Below, one piece after another: positions 18,806 to 28,558 of a stretch of 64,000 nucleotides of DNA; positions within the stretch are counted from its first letter, which is position 1; each line of letters starts with the position of its first letter. Position numbers and translations under genes: made by a program. The notes below the pieces were generated by a model. The model searched no databases, was not told the origin of the DNA, and saw only the letters and a program-made list of their open reading frames with translations. Source of the stretch: an uncultured bacterium (GTDB lineage: Bacteria; Oederibacteriota; PGYV01; CAWJRG01); assembly GCA_963845185.1 (NCBI GenBank), contig CAWJRG010000011.1:64001-128000 (forward strand), read 5' to 3'.

Positions 18806-21778
18806 TTAAAACAGCACGTCCGCCTTGGAATGCTGGCATATTGTTGAAAAAGCGCACTGCGAGCATTCAAAAACGCTGGGCGTGGCATCGAACTCTTCTT
18901 CTTTTATCTTTTCCGCCACCTGGTAAATCTTCTCCTCAAAATTCTTAATCGTGTCAGGCTTTAATTTCTTGCCGGCAAGTATGGAACTTTCCAGGAAATA
19001 CACAGCCACTTCGTCCGGAGCCTTGCCGAAAGCCTTTTGAAATGCAAGGGCGTAAAGCGTCAGCTGCTTTGATATGTCTTCCGAATTCAGCTTTTTCCTG
19101 GCTTTTTCCATGTCTTTTATTTCTGATGTCTTATAATCTATTATTATGCTCCTGCCTTCAATGCAGTCGATCCTGTCCCACCTGCCGCGCACAATGATAT
19201 CGTCGCCCAGTTTAAATTCAAAATCTTTCTCAATGAATTGAGGGATAATGTTGTTTTTACTTTCCTCTTCAAAAAATCTTTTTATGCTTGCCAAACCCGC
19301 CTCAAATCTCCTCTGTTCGTGCTGCCTTGATATAAAGCCTATCGGCTTCCACAGCGATCTGAAAATATCCTCAAGCTCCAAAATCGTTATTTTCCTTTTT
19401 TCCTGCCTTGCCTTGTAAAATTCAGCGGCTACTTTATGCATGGCCAGACCGTAAATGATATTTGGCTGCTCCCTTATCGGGAGCTTAAATAAATGGATTA
19501 ACTTGTATTTATACGGGCATGTAAGGTAATCGTCTATCTGGTAATTGCTCAGGCGCACTATCTTATCTTTTCTTTTAATGACGCTTCTTTCAAATCCTGT
19601 CTTTTCCCTCTCAAAATATTTAAGCCTGTCCTTTTTGTCAATAACTGCAAGGTACTCCTCGTTTTTTTCTACGCCAAGTTCCCTCAGAAAAATGCTGATT
19701 TTCCTCTCGCTCTTTCCCTCGTACTTAAGCGAAGCTGTCAGGTACAACAGATCCTGAGCCCTTGTCATGGCGACGTAAAAAAGCCTGCGCTCTTCCTCCT
19801 GCCTGTACTGCTCCTCGTTAACCATGTCTTTCATAAGCTCCTCGGGCAGTGGAAGCTGAAAATCGCCCCTATTTTTTGACGGAAACTTGTCTTGCACCAG
19901 CCCTATGACAAATACAGCTTTAAACTCAAGGCCTTTTGCTTTGTGCACCGTCGCTATTTGCACAGAATCCTCCAGGACATCGTCCAGTATTTCGTCACGT
20001 GGGTTGTCGCCTGCCTTTTGCCGCAAATCAATATAATTGACAAAATTATAAATGGTGTCGTATTCTTCCATTACAGAAAACTGCTTCAGTATCTCGAAAA
20101 ATTTCGATATGTTGCTTATCTTCAGACCCGCTTCAACGCTGTTTTGTTTCAGCAGGTTCTGGAACACCTTTTTATTTTTCATGTAGTCATATAAAATTTC
20201 ACCGGCTTTCCAACCTTCTTTTATTTTGCCGATATAAAATTCAACGTCTTTTATAAGGCCGTCAACCTTACCTTTTTCTTCTTCGTTTATTTCGAGTTCC
20301 GGATAGTTTTCTGCTTTCTTCATAATGTCAAAAACAGTAGCTGAATAATCCTTTGCCCTGTTTGAGAATTTTGACATTGTATAGGGGTCTATTCCGTAAA
20401 ATTCGGACACGGCAATGTCGCATATAGGGTTGAATTCGTAGGGCATTGCAAGCGTTTTGCAGAAATTAATTAAAAACTGGATTTCCCTCTTATTGTAAAG
20501 CCCCTCGTCGCCGGTAAACTTGAAAGGTATGCCCTTCTTTTCAAGGTCTCTTATAAATATAGCGGCATCATTGTTTGCCCGCACTAGTACCGCAATATCC
20601 TTGAATGAATACAGGCCTTTTTTTACGAGATTTTCTATTTCGGTTGCCGCAAAATCCGCTTCATCCGAGTAGTCGTTGAATATTTTTATTTCAAGGTGTT
20701 TGTCGAAATGGTGCGAAGGTTTGTATTTGGATTCAAGCTTTTTTTCAATGTTTAGTTTTCCTTCTAGCCTATCCGTGTTGTTTTTTACGACTCTATAAGC
20801 ATTGTCAAGTATGGGCTGGACCGAGCGGTAGTTGTCCTGCAATACTATAATTTTTGCGTCCGGGTAATGTTCGGTAAACCCTTTTATATTCGATATCGCG
20901 GCCCCGCGGAACCTATATATCATCTGGTCGTCGTCTCCAACTACGCTTATATTTTGGTATTTATCTGCTATGAGCTTTGTAAGCTCAAACTGGGCGTAAT
21001 TGGTGTCTTGAAACTCGTCTATCAGTATAAACTTAAACCTTTCCTGGTATTTGGCAAGAACGGATTTCTTGTTCTTAAGAAGGTAATAAGGTACTGTTAT
21101 AAGGTCGCCGAAGTCCATGTAATTCTTTTGCGTTTTAAGTTCCTCGTATTTTATGTAGAACTTCGACAGCTCAAGGTGCTTTAAATATATCTCCTTCTGC
21201 TCTTCATCCAGTTCCGCTTCGCCGACTTTTTTTATATATGCTGCGTAATCTTCCGGCGCAATCAGGTTGTCTTTAAGCTTGGATATGAAATCAACAAGTA
21301 TGCCGGCGTAACCCGCCGGGTTGTTTAATGGCCTGTATATGTCAAGCTCGAAATTTTCAAGGTTCTCGACTATGAAGATTATGGAATCGGCTTTCCTTAA
21401 TACCTGCCAGTCCGGCGCGATTTTGAGTTCGGCAAAATTTTCTTCTATAATATCGTGCCCGAATGAATGAAAAGTCGATATGTGGGTTTCAATAAACCCG
21501 TATGGAACAAGCAAATCAACGCGCCTTTCCATTTCTTTGGCTGCCTTCTCTGAAAAAGTAAGCGCCAGTATTTCGTCCGGCCTTGCTGTTTTGCTGTTGA
21601 TGAGATGCGCTATGCGCTCGGTTATGACCCTTGTCTTTCCTGTACCGGCGCCAGCTACAATTAAAAGCGGGCCTTGCCCGTGGTGTATGGCTTCTTCCTG
21701 TTTCTTGTTTTCCTGCATCCCGTACGAGGAAGTTCTTTCCTTGACTATGTTTTCCTTTTTTGGGGTTTTTTTTGCCAT
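18806..21778 (-). CDS. UvrD/PcrA-family helicase fused to a C-terminal PD-(D/E)XK (RecB/AddB-like) nuclease
   Basis: AGAGTGKT, IDEFQDTN, VGDDDQMIYRFRGA and EERRLFYVAMTRA; nuclease GRWDRID...IDYKTS; Cys motifs YLTCPY and CSQCAFSTIC. Confidence 0.92.
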   Translation of the reverse strand: MAKKTPKKENIVKERTSSYGMQENKKQEEAIHHGQGPLLIVAGAGTGKTRVITERIAHLINSKTARPDEILALTFSEKAAKEMERRVDLLVPYGFIETHISTFHSFGHDIIEENFAELKIAPDWQVLRKADSIIFIVENLENFELDIYRPLNNPAGYAGILVDFISKLKDNLIAPEDYAAYIKKVGEAELDEEQKEIYLKHLELSKFYIKYEELKTQKNYMDFGDLITVPYYLLKNKKSVLAKYQERFKFILIDEFQDTNYAQFELTKLIADKYQNISVVGDDDQMIYRFRGAAISNIKGFTEHYPDAKIIVLQDNYRSVQPILDNAYRVVKNNTDRLEGKLNIEKKLESKYKPSHHFDKHLEIKIFNDYSDEADFAATEIENLVKKGLYSFKDIAVLVRANNDAAIFIRDLEKKGIPFKFTGDEGLYNKREIQFLINFCKTLAMPYEFNPICDIAVSEFYGIDPYTMSKFSNRAKDYSATVFDIMKKAENYPELEINEEEKGKVDGLIKDVEFYIGKIKEGWKAGEILYDYMKNKKVFQNLLKQNSVEAGLKISNISKFFEILKQFSVMEEYDTIYNFVNYIDLRQKAGDNPRDEILDDVLEDSVQIATVHKAKGLEFKAVFVIGLVQDKFPSKNRGDFQLPLPEELMKDMVNEEQYRQEEERRLFYVAMTRAQDLLYLTASLKYEGKSERKISIFLRELGVEKNEEYLAVIDKKDRLKYFEREKTGFERSVIKRKDKIVRLSNYQIDDYLTCPYKYKLIHLFKLPIREQPNIIYGLAMHKVAAEFYKARQEKRKITILELEDIFRSLWKPIGFISRQHEQRRFEAGLASIKRFFEEESKNNIIPQFIEKDFEFKLGDDIIVRGRWDRIDCIEGRSIIIDYKTSEIKDMEKARKKLNSEDISKQLTLYALAFQKAFGKAPDEVAVYFLESSILAGKKLKPDTIKNFEEKIYQVAEKIKEEEFDATPSVFECSQCAFSTICQHSKADVLF

Positions 21779-21910
21779 TTTTCCTTTTCTTTTATGGTAA
21801 AGCTCACAATTTTTATTTCTGATTTTATGGTATTATATCATGGTGCTGTTCATTAACAAAGTATAATTATTTTATTCCCCCGCATTATTCCGTCCGTATA
21901 AAATTTGATT

Positions 21911-22285
21911 TTAATGCTGTTTATTGTCCCCAAGAAAATCTACCATTTCGGCAGTAAGTAATTCCTTGTACAACTTGCCGTATTCTTCCTTTTTTTCCCA
22001 TATTATGGTATCCATAAGTTTCTTTACTTTGTCATCTTCATTGGTCGGTATTTCAAGCTCGGTTAATTCGCCAAGCTTATTCACTTTAACTGCGCCCATT
22101 TTTTCCATTATATCGCCTATAGCTTTCAGGTCCTGTATTGACATTTTCATGTTTTTTGCTATTTTTTGCATATTTAATTTGGTGAATTGTTTATGATGTA
22201 TATAATAACATATGATCGCCAGGCCTTCCCGGGTAGATAATGCTTTTTTTAATTCCTCATAATCCTTATTTTTCTCACTTGCCAT
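21911..22285 (-). CDS. Hypothetical protein, possible winged-helix
   Basis: 124-aa ORF with GAGG RBS and its own promoter; MQKIAKNMKMSIQDL looks HTH-like. Confidence 0.65.
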   Translation of the reverse strand: MASEKNKDYEELKKALSTREGLAIICYYIHHKQFTKLNMQKIAKNMKMSIQDLKAIGDIMEKMGAVKVNKLGELTELEIPTNEDDKVKKLMDTIIWEKKEEYGKLYKELLTAEMVDFLGDNKQH

Positions 22286-22363
22286 AAAATTCGCCTCTTT
22301 TCAAAGTTCCTATGTCATATGTCCTCCCTGGCTCTAAAGTTTTTACTTCTCTTTTATAATATA

Positions 22364-22392
22364 ATTATAAACTATAAATCCAATTTTGTCAA
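22364..22392 (-). promoter_or_regulatory. Sigma70-type promoter
   Basis: TTGACA-N17-TATAAT perfect consensus on the minus strand. Confidence 0.7.
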
Positions 22393-22424
22393 TTTATTTG
22401 TTAAATTATTTGTAAAATATATCG

Positions 22425-23027
22425 TTAATTTTTTGCTTTTTGGCCCAAAAGATAATTGAATAATTCAATGGAATCCGAATGGATTATCATTGAAGAATTT
22501 ATAAGATAAATCAATTTTTCTTTAATGACTTTCAGGACAAATTTATTAAGGGATATTTTTTTGTTCTTAATAAGGTTCCTTGTTTTCTTTGAAGATGCAT
22601 ATTCCCTGCCTAATTCTATGTAGTCCGATACGTAAATTATTTTCGCCAGTGTTGACATGCTTTTTTTGCCTGTTGAATGGTATGTTATTGCCTCAAGTAT
22701 CTCCGTATTATTTATTCCAAAAATATCTTTAGCCATATAAGCCGATACAATGCCATGCCATAACCCCGGTATTTGTTTTGACGAATCATTCATTTTTATA
22801 TTATATTTTTTTATTGAATTTTTTAGCCCCCAAACCGACAAGCCCTTGGCACAATCATGAAAAAATCCGGCGATGACAGCGTTTTTTACAGATACCCCGT
22901 ACTTTTTTGCGAGAAAAGCTGCTGTAATTGCAACCCCAACGCTGTGCAGATAGCGTTCATTTTCAAGCAATACCCTTAATTTCGCCTGGCTGCTTTTTGG
23001 TATATAATCATCCAACTTAAACTTCAT
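22425..23027 (-). CDS. yqeK: HD-domain Ap4A hydrolase YqeK
   Basis: RYLHSVGVA, HDCAK, LWHG, YHSTG and YVSDYIE motifs. Confidence 0.9.
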   Translation of the reverse strand: MKFKLDDYIPKSSQAKLRVLLENERYLHSVGVAITAAFLAKKYGVSVKNAVIAGFFHDCAKGLSVWGLKNSIKKYNIKMNDSSKQIPGLWHGIVSAYMAKDIFGINNTEILEAITYHSTGKKSMSTLAKIIYVSDYIELGREYASSKKTRNLIKNKKISLNKFVLKVIKEKLIYLINSSMIIHSDSIELFNYLLGQKAKN

Positions 23028-23043
23028 TTTGCGGCAATGATAG

Positions 23044-23214
23044 CTATTTTGCCCTGGTAAGCAATAATATTATAATAACTGGTATTAAAAAAAGAATGAA
23101 TCTAAACGCCATTTTCTGAATGCGTTTCGACAACCCAAGTGATTTTACTTTATAGTCATGGTAGCTCATGTCGATTTCCTTGCCTTTTAACGGACTCTTT
23201 TTTTTCTTTGGCAT
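23044..23214 (-). CDS. Small (56 aa) single-pass membrane protein
   Basis: AGGAGG RBS; MPKKKKSPLKGKEIDMSYHDYKVKSLGLSKRIQKMAFRFILFLIPVIIILLLTRAK*. Fills the gap between the permease and yqeK; below the ORF-track cutoff. Confidence 0.75.
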   Translation of the reverse strand: MPKKKKSPLKGKEIDMSYHDYKVKSLGLSKRIQKMAFRFILFLIPVIIILLLTRAK

Positions 23215-23227
23215 TTTTTCCTCCTGT

Positions 23228-24193
23228 TTATTCTTGTAGTGATGTAAAAATAATGCCTTTCATTATTTGTTTTTGAAAAAGTACAAATAAGACAATTGTC
23301 GGTATCATTGAAATCGTCACTGCCGCCATTACAACATTCCACGGCTGTCCTTCCTCTATAATCTTGTAAATACCAAGCATAAGCGTGTATATCTGCGGTT
23401 CATTGACAACTATTAAAGGCCAGAAAAAGGAATTCCAGATGGTAACAAAATTTAATATGGCTATTACCGCTATAATAGGTTTGGATACGGGTAATATTAT
23501 CCGGAAGAAGATGCCTGTTTCCGAATAACCGTCAACCCTCGCAGCCTCTATAAAATCATCCGGCAATTTGTCAAAAAAACTTTTAAAAATAAAAATATTA
23601 AATGCATTGGCCATCCCGGGTAATATAAGCGCCCAGTATGTATTAACAAGGTTTATCTTGTAAATATAAAATATAGAAAAATCCCTCATAAAAAGGTAAA
23701 GTGGTATTGATATTGTCTCAAAAGGTATCATTATCGTCGAAAGGAACAGCAGCAGTATGGTCTGGTATGCGGGCGGCCTGAGTTTCGACAACGAGTACGC
23801 AGCCATCGCGCTTATCACTATCTGCCCGCCTACAACGCACAGCGCAACGAAGAGGCTGTTTAAAAAATATTTGATGAACGGTGTTATTTCCCACGCTTTT
23901 TTAAAATATGAAAAATCAAGGGTGATATTCTTAAATATATCCCCTATCGGCATAAAAATAAGCTGCATGGGCAACATACTTGAAAGTATCATCCAAAAAA
24001 AAGGTATTGTGGTCAATATCGCGCCTATAATAACGATCGTTCCCCATATATTATATATGGTTCTCACCTTTTTATTCCTCAGTTCAAAACCCGGGAATAT
24101 ATAATTATTATCACCTGTATAATAATGTGTCCTTCGTTTTGCTTTTTTCCTCATCTTGGGTTTTAATTCCTCTTTTTTGCCATCGCCGTCCAT
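23228..24193 (-). CDS. Carbohydrate ABC transporter permease (MalG-like)
   Basis: EAARVDG loop and WNSFFWPL. Start MDGDGKK directly after the upstream stop, with a GAGG RBS. Confidence 0.9.
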   Translation of the reverse strand: MDGDGKKEELKPKMRKKAKRRTHYYTGDNNYIFPGFELRNKKVRTIYNIWGTIVIIGAILTTIPFFWMILSSMLPMQLIFMPIGDIFKNITLDFSYFKKAWEITPFIKYFLNSLFVALCVVGGQIVISAMAAYSLSKLRPPAYQTILLLFLSTIMIPFETISIPLYLFMRDFSIFYIYKINLVNTYWALILPGMANAFNIFIFKSFFDKLPDDFIEAARVDGYSETGIFFRIILPVSKPIIAVIAILNFVTIWNSFFWPLIVVNEPQIYTLMLGIYKIIEEGQPWNVVMAAVTISMIPTIVLFVLFQKQIMKGIIFTSLQE

Positions 24194-24195
24194 TA

Positions 24196-25464
24196 TTAGC
24201 CTCTTTTGCTTGTTATGTTCATTCTTACTACTGTTACGGAAATCAAAATAAAAAGGAAAACAAGGGCCATTGCACAGGCATAACCAATATCCATGTATAA
24301 AAACGCCTTTTTGTAAATGTAGGTTGCGACCATTTCGGAAGCGCCGACCGGCCCGCCATCCGTCATAATATATACTTCGGTAAATACCTGCAGGCTGTTT
24401 ATTATCTGGACAAATACAACCGCGAGTATTATGGGCGCAAGGTTCGGAAGCATAATATCCTTTATTTTCGTCCACACGCTGGCTCCATGCAGCGATGCTT
24501 CCTCGAAAAGGGTCTTTGGCATGTTCTGGAGTCCTGCTATATATATCAGCATCGCCCAACCAATGTTTTTCCATAGGAAAACAATGGCAATTGAAAAAAT
24601 AACTATGTTGGGATTTGTCAGCCAGCCTATGTGCACGTCAAGTGTCGTTATTAACGAGAGGAACGAATTAATCAATCCGTAGCTCTGGCTATAAAGCCAT
24701 TTCCAGAGTATGGCTGCCGGGACTGCAGGAGTTAAGAACGGTATAAAATATAGTATCTTAATTATGCCTGAATTCTTTCTCATTTCATGCACATAAAGCG
24801 CGATAAAAAGCGGCAGCCATGTACCTATTAAAATTACAATTACGGCAAGCTCCGCGGAATGTCCAAATGCTTCCCAAAATCTGGTATCAGAAAATATACC
24901 GGTAAAATTTTCAATCCCTATAAACGTACTTTTATTAAAACTAAAAAATTTGGTGAAACTTATGGCAACAGTTTTTATTATCGGCATCCAGCTAAAAAAA
25001 AGAAATACTAAAAGTGCCGGTATTAAAAGCCCCGTGCCTAAAAAAGTTTTTTTCAATTGATAAAATTTAAGTTTCTTTAAATCCTCCGGCTTTATCTGGG
25101 GAAGCGGCCTTATTTCCCTTTCTTTGGGTTTTACCAGCCTTATAGGCATTCCATAACGCCTAAATCTAAAAGCTTTTCTCAATTTCTCCGAAGTTGTCAA
25201 TGAATCAGGGAGCTGTATTTCCGGCCGCGTCCTTACCTGAGCCAAAGTATCAATGCTTCCGGCAGGTTTTGCGGCGTCCTGCAGAGCGCTTAATTTAATA
25301 ACTGGCTTTTTTATTTTTATAGTGGAGTCTTTATCCGGTAGTTTAAGCTTGATTATAGGCAATGCCACTTCTTCTTTTTTATAATTTGTTATCTCATCGT
25401 CTATTATGCTTTTAATGGCATTTTCCGACAGTTCTGCGCTGCTCTTATCAAACATATCACTCAT
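24196..25464 (-). CDS. Carbohydrate ABC transporter permease (MalF-like) with a long N-terminal extension
   Basis: FIGIENF, AGLQNMP..EEASLHGA and MTDGGP motifs; start overlaps the binding-protein stop. Confidence 0.9.
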   Translation of the reverse strand: MSDMFDKSSAELSENAIKSIIDDEITNYKKEEVALPIIKLKLPDKDSTIKIKKPVIKLSALQDAAKPAGSIDTLAQVRTRPEIQLPDSLTTSEKLRKAFRFRRYGMPIRLVKPKEREIRPLPQIKPEDLKKLKFYQLKKTFLGTGLLIPALLVFLFFSWMPIIKTVAISFTKFFSFNKSTFIGIENFTGIFSDTRFWEAFGHSAELAVIVILIGTWLPLFIALYVHEMRKNSGIIKILYFIPFLTPAVPAAILWKWLYSQSYGLINSFLSLITTLDVHIGWLTNPNIVIFSIAIVFLWKNIGWAMLIYIAGLQNMPKTLFEEASLHGASVWTKIKDIMLPNLAPIILAVVFVQIINSLQVFTEVYIMTDGGPVGASEMVATYIYKKAFLYMDIGYACAMALVFLFILISVTVVRMNITSKRG

Positions 25465-26725
25465 TATATTCGCTCCTGATTTTTTCCATAAAATCCCCAA
25501 GTAACTCTTCGTAGTTTACCTGTTTGTTGATGAATACTTTTTCAAGGACATATTTGTTAAAATCCTCCTTGATGGCGAGCCATTTGTAAGAATTTGGCTC
25601 AGTTTGGGCTGAAGCAAGAAGCCCTTTTACTTTTGCAAATTCAGGCATATTTATGAGGTTTGTAGCGCAGGAAAAATCACCCGGGAATATTAGCATCTTT
25701 AATTCTTTCATCCTCACCCATTTCCATAACTGATACGGTGCCCCAAGGACATATTTTATATATTCCCATGCATAACGTTTTTTTTCGGGCGAGGAATCCG
25801 CATTTATTATAAAAGCGTCCCCGCCTGCATGCCAGCCCTTTATTCCTGAATCTCCCTGAGGTAAAGGCACTATTTCAACTTTTGATAAATCCATATCGTA
25901 TCTTCTGTTCATTACCGGAAGCCGGTTTGCCACGCCGAGCATCATGGCTATTTTGCCGGTCGAAAAAAGCTGTTCAATGTCGTAATCATAAAAAATATTT
26001 TGGGGCGGCATAGCGTTATTTACCCATTTTAAATCGTGCCAGAATTTCAAAGCTTTTATAACTTCCGGCGTATTTAAATTAAATTTGCCGGCCTGGTAAA
26101 CATCTCCTCCAGCCTGCCATATAAAATCGATAAAATAAAACAAGTCGGGTTGTATGGCTATTCCCCATGTTTCAGGCATTTTTTGGTGTATTATCTTGCA
26201 GTAGTCGGTAATTTCCTGCCATGTCTCAGGCGGTTTTGACAAACCGCATTTTTCAAATATATCGCGCCTGTAAATTAATGTTGTAAAATAGGAATCATAA
26301 GGTATACCATAAATGTTACCGTCGATATTTACAGCGTTCCACATTATCTGCGGCATATAATCCTTTTGTATCCATTTTTCAGTATAATCGTTTAGTTTGG
26401 ACAAAAATCCGTATTTTGCCATAACAGGTATCGCAGTTATTGGTATGTGTACTATATCGGGCCCTTTTCCGCTGGCCATAACGCTAACAAATTCCTGTGG
26501 TTTATATTCCCTGCTTATGCCTTTTATTTTTACTTTTGGATACACTGTGTTAAAGTTTTCAATGCCCTCATCCCATAGCTGACGCTGCATTTTATCCGCT
26601 TCCGGCGGCATATCCCATACAACAAGCTCTATAATATCGTTTTTATCTTCAGCATAATTGCCGCAGGAAAATATTAATGAAAAAAATATAATAAATATTA
26701 TTATGATATTAATACGACTTTTCAT
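25457..26725 (-). CDS. Sugar ABC transporter substrate-binding lipoprotein
   Basis: Lipobox-like IFSC; GKGPDIV, DGNIYGIP and YRRDIFEKCGLSKPPETW (SBP_bac_1 pattern). Confidence 0.9.
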   Translation of the reverse strand: MKSRINIIIIFIIFFSLIFSCGNYAEDKNDIIELVVWDMPPEADKMQRQLWDEGIENFNTVYPKVKIKGISREYKPQEFVSVMASGKGPDIVHIPITAIPVMAKYGFLSKLNDYTEKWIQKDYMPQIMWNAVNIDGNIYGIPYDSYFTTLIYRRDIFEKCGLSKPPETWQEITDYCKIIHQKMPETWGIAIQPDLFYFIDFIWQAGGDVYQAGKFNLNTPEVIKALKFWHDLKWVNNAMPPQNIFYDYDIEQLFSTGKIAMMLGVANRLPVMNRRYDMDLSKVEIVPLPQGDSGIKGWHAGGDAFIINADSSPEKKRYAWEYIKYVLGAPYQLWKWVRMKELKMLIFPGDFSCATNLINMPEFAKVKGLLASAQTEPNSYKWLAIKEDFNKYVLEKVFINKQVNYEELLGDFMEKIRSEYNE

Positions 26726-27175
26726 TTTTTCCCTTTACCATTTTAAAAATTTTTTCCACTGCGTCAGAAGGATTATTCATAGCTACAATTCCTTTTATAT
26801 CATAAGTTTTCACGCCAACAACCGGTTTTCCAATCTTCAGCGCAAACGCTATTTCGGATAATGTGCCGTATTTACCGTCAACCGCCACAAATCCGTCTGC
26901 GGTGTTTACTAAAACAATGTTTCTTGCTTCTCCTATGCCACAGGCTATCTTTACATCGACAAACTTATTTGTCCCGGATTTTCTCGACCCGGCAGTATTC
27001 CTATGGTTAACCCGCCTTGCCCTTTAGCACCCTTACATGCCGCTTCCAATACTCCAGACAATCCCCCGCACACAACTATGCCTCCCCTTTCCGCAATTTC
27101 CTGCCCTACTTTATAAGCAGTATTATACAGCTTCTTGCCTACGGAATTCCCTCCAATTACGCCTATATAATACAT
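26709..27175 (-). pseudogene. LOG/TIGR00725-family Rossmann-fold protein with a single-base deletion
   Basis: IGVIGG...VCGGLSGVLEAACKGAK...TIGILPG, then in another frame GIGEARN...YGTLSEIAFALKIGKPVVG. Adding one base near 26979-26991 gives 155 aa. Confidence 0.88.
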
Positions 27176-27176
27176 T

Positions 27177-27902
27177 TTATTTTAAGAAACTCATCTTTCC
27201 CCTTGCTGTGCTTGTCCATAATGAATCTTTTTCACCTGACGCAATATCTTCATATATTTTTTTGGCTTTTACGCTTTCATTTACTTTTAAATAAGAATCG
27301 GCTAACTTCATTTCGGCGTCGTAGTAATTATAGTTATTCTTGTATTTGGATATAAAAGTCTCAAAATCTGTTATGGCTTCTTTGTAATTTTGCATTTCAT
27401 AATAAGAATACCCCCTGCCCACCACAGCCTCGCCTACCACTGGGCACCGCGGATATTTATCCACCACGGTAGCGTAATAATCAATCGCTTCCTTATACAT
27501 GCCCCTATCAAAATAAGCGTTCCCAAGCCCTATATAAGCGTAGGGTGCCGCTTTTGTATTTCTGTATGTTTTTATTACCTCCATATAAGTATCTGTTATT
27601 TTTTCGTATTTTTCCTGCTTTGTCTTGAACATACCGTACATGCCGGCCTTTGCATTATCAAGAATGGGAGCATTCATATACATATCAGCGTAAGCAATAA
27701 TCTGCTCGGCTTTTTGTTCCATTGTATTTATATGATTGATATAAACAGGTATTGCAACAAGCACTATTGCCACGACAATTCCAACTATTATTATATTTTC
27801 CATATGTTTTGTAAAATACTGGCCTGTTTGCCCAATCACTTCCTGCAATTCATTTCTTTTTATAAGTTTTCTTACCTCTTTGTGCTTGAAATGTTGTTCC
27901 AT
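27177..27902 (-). CDS. Membrane-anchored TPR protein (YfgM/CpoB-like)
   Basis: N-terminal TM helix followed by TPR repeats (LGNAYFDRGMYKEAI, GYSYYEMQNYKEAI). Confidence 0.85.
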   Translation of the reverse strand: MEQHFKHKEVRKLIKRNELQEVIGQTGQYFTKHMENIIIVGIVVAIVLVAIPVYINHINTMEQKAEQIIAYADMYMNAPILDNAKAGMYGMFKTKQEKYEKITDTYMEVIKTYRNTKAAPYAYIGLGNAYFDRGMYKEAIDYYATVVDKYPRCPVVGEAVVGRGYSYYEMQNYKEAITDFETFISKYKNNYNYYDAEMKLADSYLKVNESVKAKKIYEDIASGEKDSLWTSTARGKMSFLK

Positions 27903-27985
27903 ATCTTCTCTAATCCTCCTGTTTCTATTTTATTAACTTTAATAACATATACATAATAAAATTTGTTGATATTTTAAATATGCAG

Positions 27986-28558
27986 TTATTTCATAAAAAT
28001 CGTCAGCCCTAAATTTATCGTCACAAACGAATCCGTATCTCCCGTACCCCCCGCTAGCGCTACGTTGTTGTATAAGACCTCAAGATTTATCGCTAAATTG
28101 CTGCCAAGCGGATAATTGACTCCGCCTCCCAGTATAAATCCGAATGTATTTTCGGTATTCGCCTGCGAGTTATTAAGGGATGTGAGCTCCGAATATCTAA
28201 CCATGTAAAGCCCAATTCCGCCTTTGATATACGGCCAAAGAAAATAATCCGGCATATAAGGCGCAAAAGCAAATTCAATGTCAAGTACGCTTGCGGAAAA
28301 ACTGGTAGGGGCTGTATTATCTTTATAAGGCATTACGCAATAACTTATTCCGCCGCCAGCTGACGTTTCCATATCAAGGCCTTTCCTTATGGATATGCCG
28401 CCACCATAGGAAACATTAACCGACTGCGCAAATGCGCCCACCGGACAAACAATTCCTCCGTGTATAGTATTTATCCAGTATGTATCGTAATCAATCGCTT
28501 TTGCAGAAAAAGGACACATAAATGCAAACAATAAAACCACGAATAATATTTTTTTCAT
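27986..28558 (-). CDS. Outer membrane beta-barrel protein (OmpA/OmpW-like)
   Basis: Signal peptide ending AKA; amphipathic strands PYIKGGIG and FGFILGGGVNY. Confidence 0.75.
   Translation of the reverse strand: MKKILFVVLLFAFMCPFSAKAIDYDTYWINTIHGGIVCPVGAFAQSVNVSYGGGISIRKGLDMETSAGGGISYCVMPYKDNTAPTSFSASVLDIEFAFAPYMPDYFLWPYIKGGIGLYMVRYSELTSLNNSQANTENTFGFILGGGVNYPLGSNLAINLEVLYNNVALAGGTGDTDSFVTINLGLTIFMK

Noticed and set aside
24194..24574. N-terminal 127 codons of the 448-aa permease ORF
   Set aside because: Overlaps the upstream permease in another frame; the real start is more plausibly 24193.
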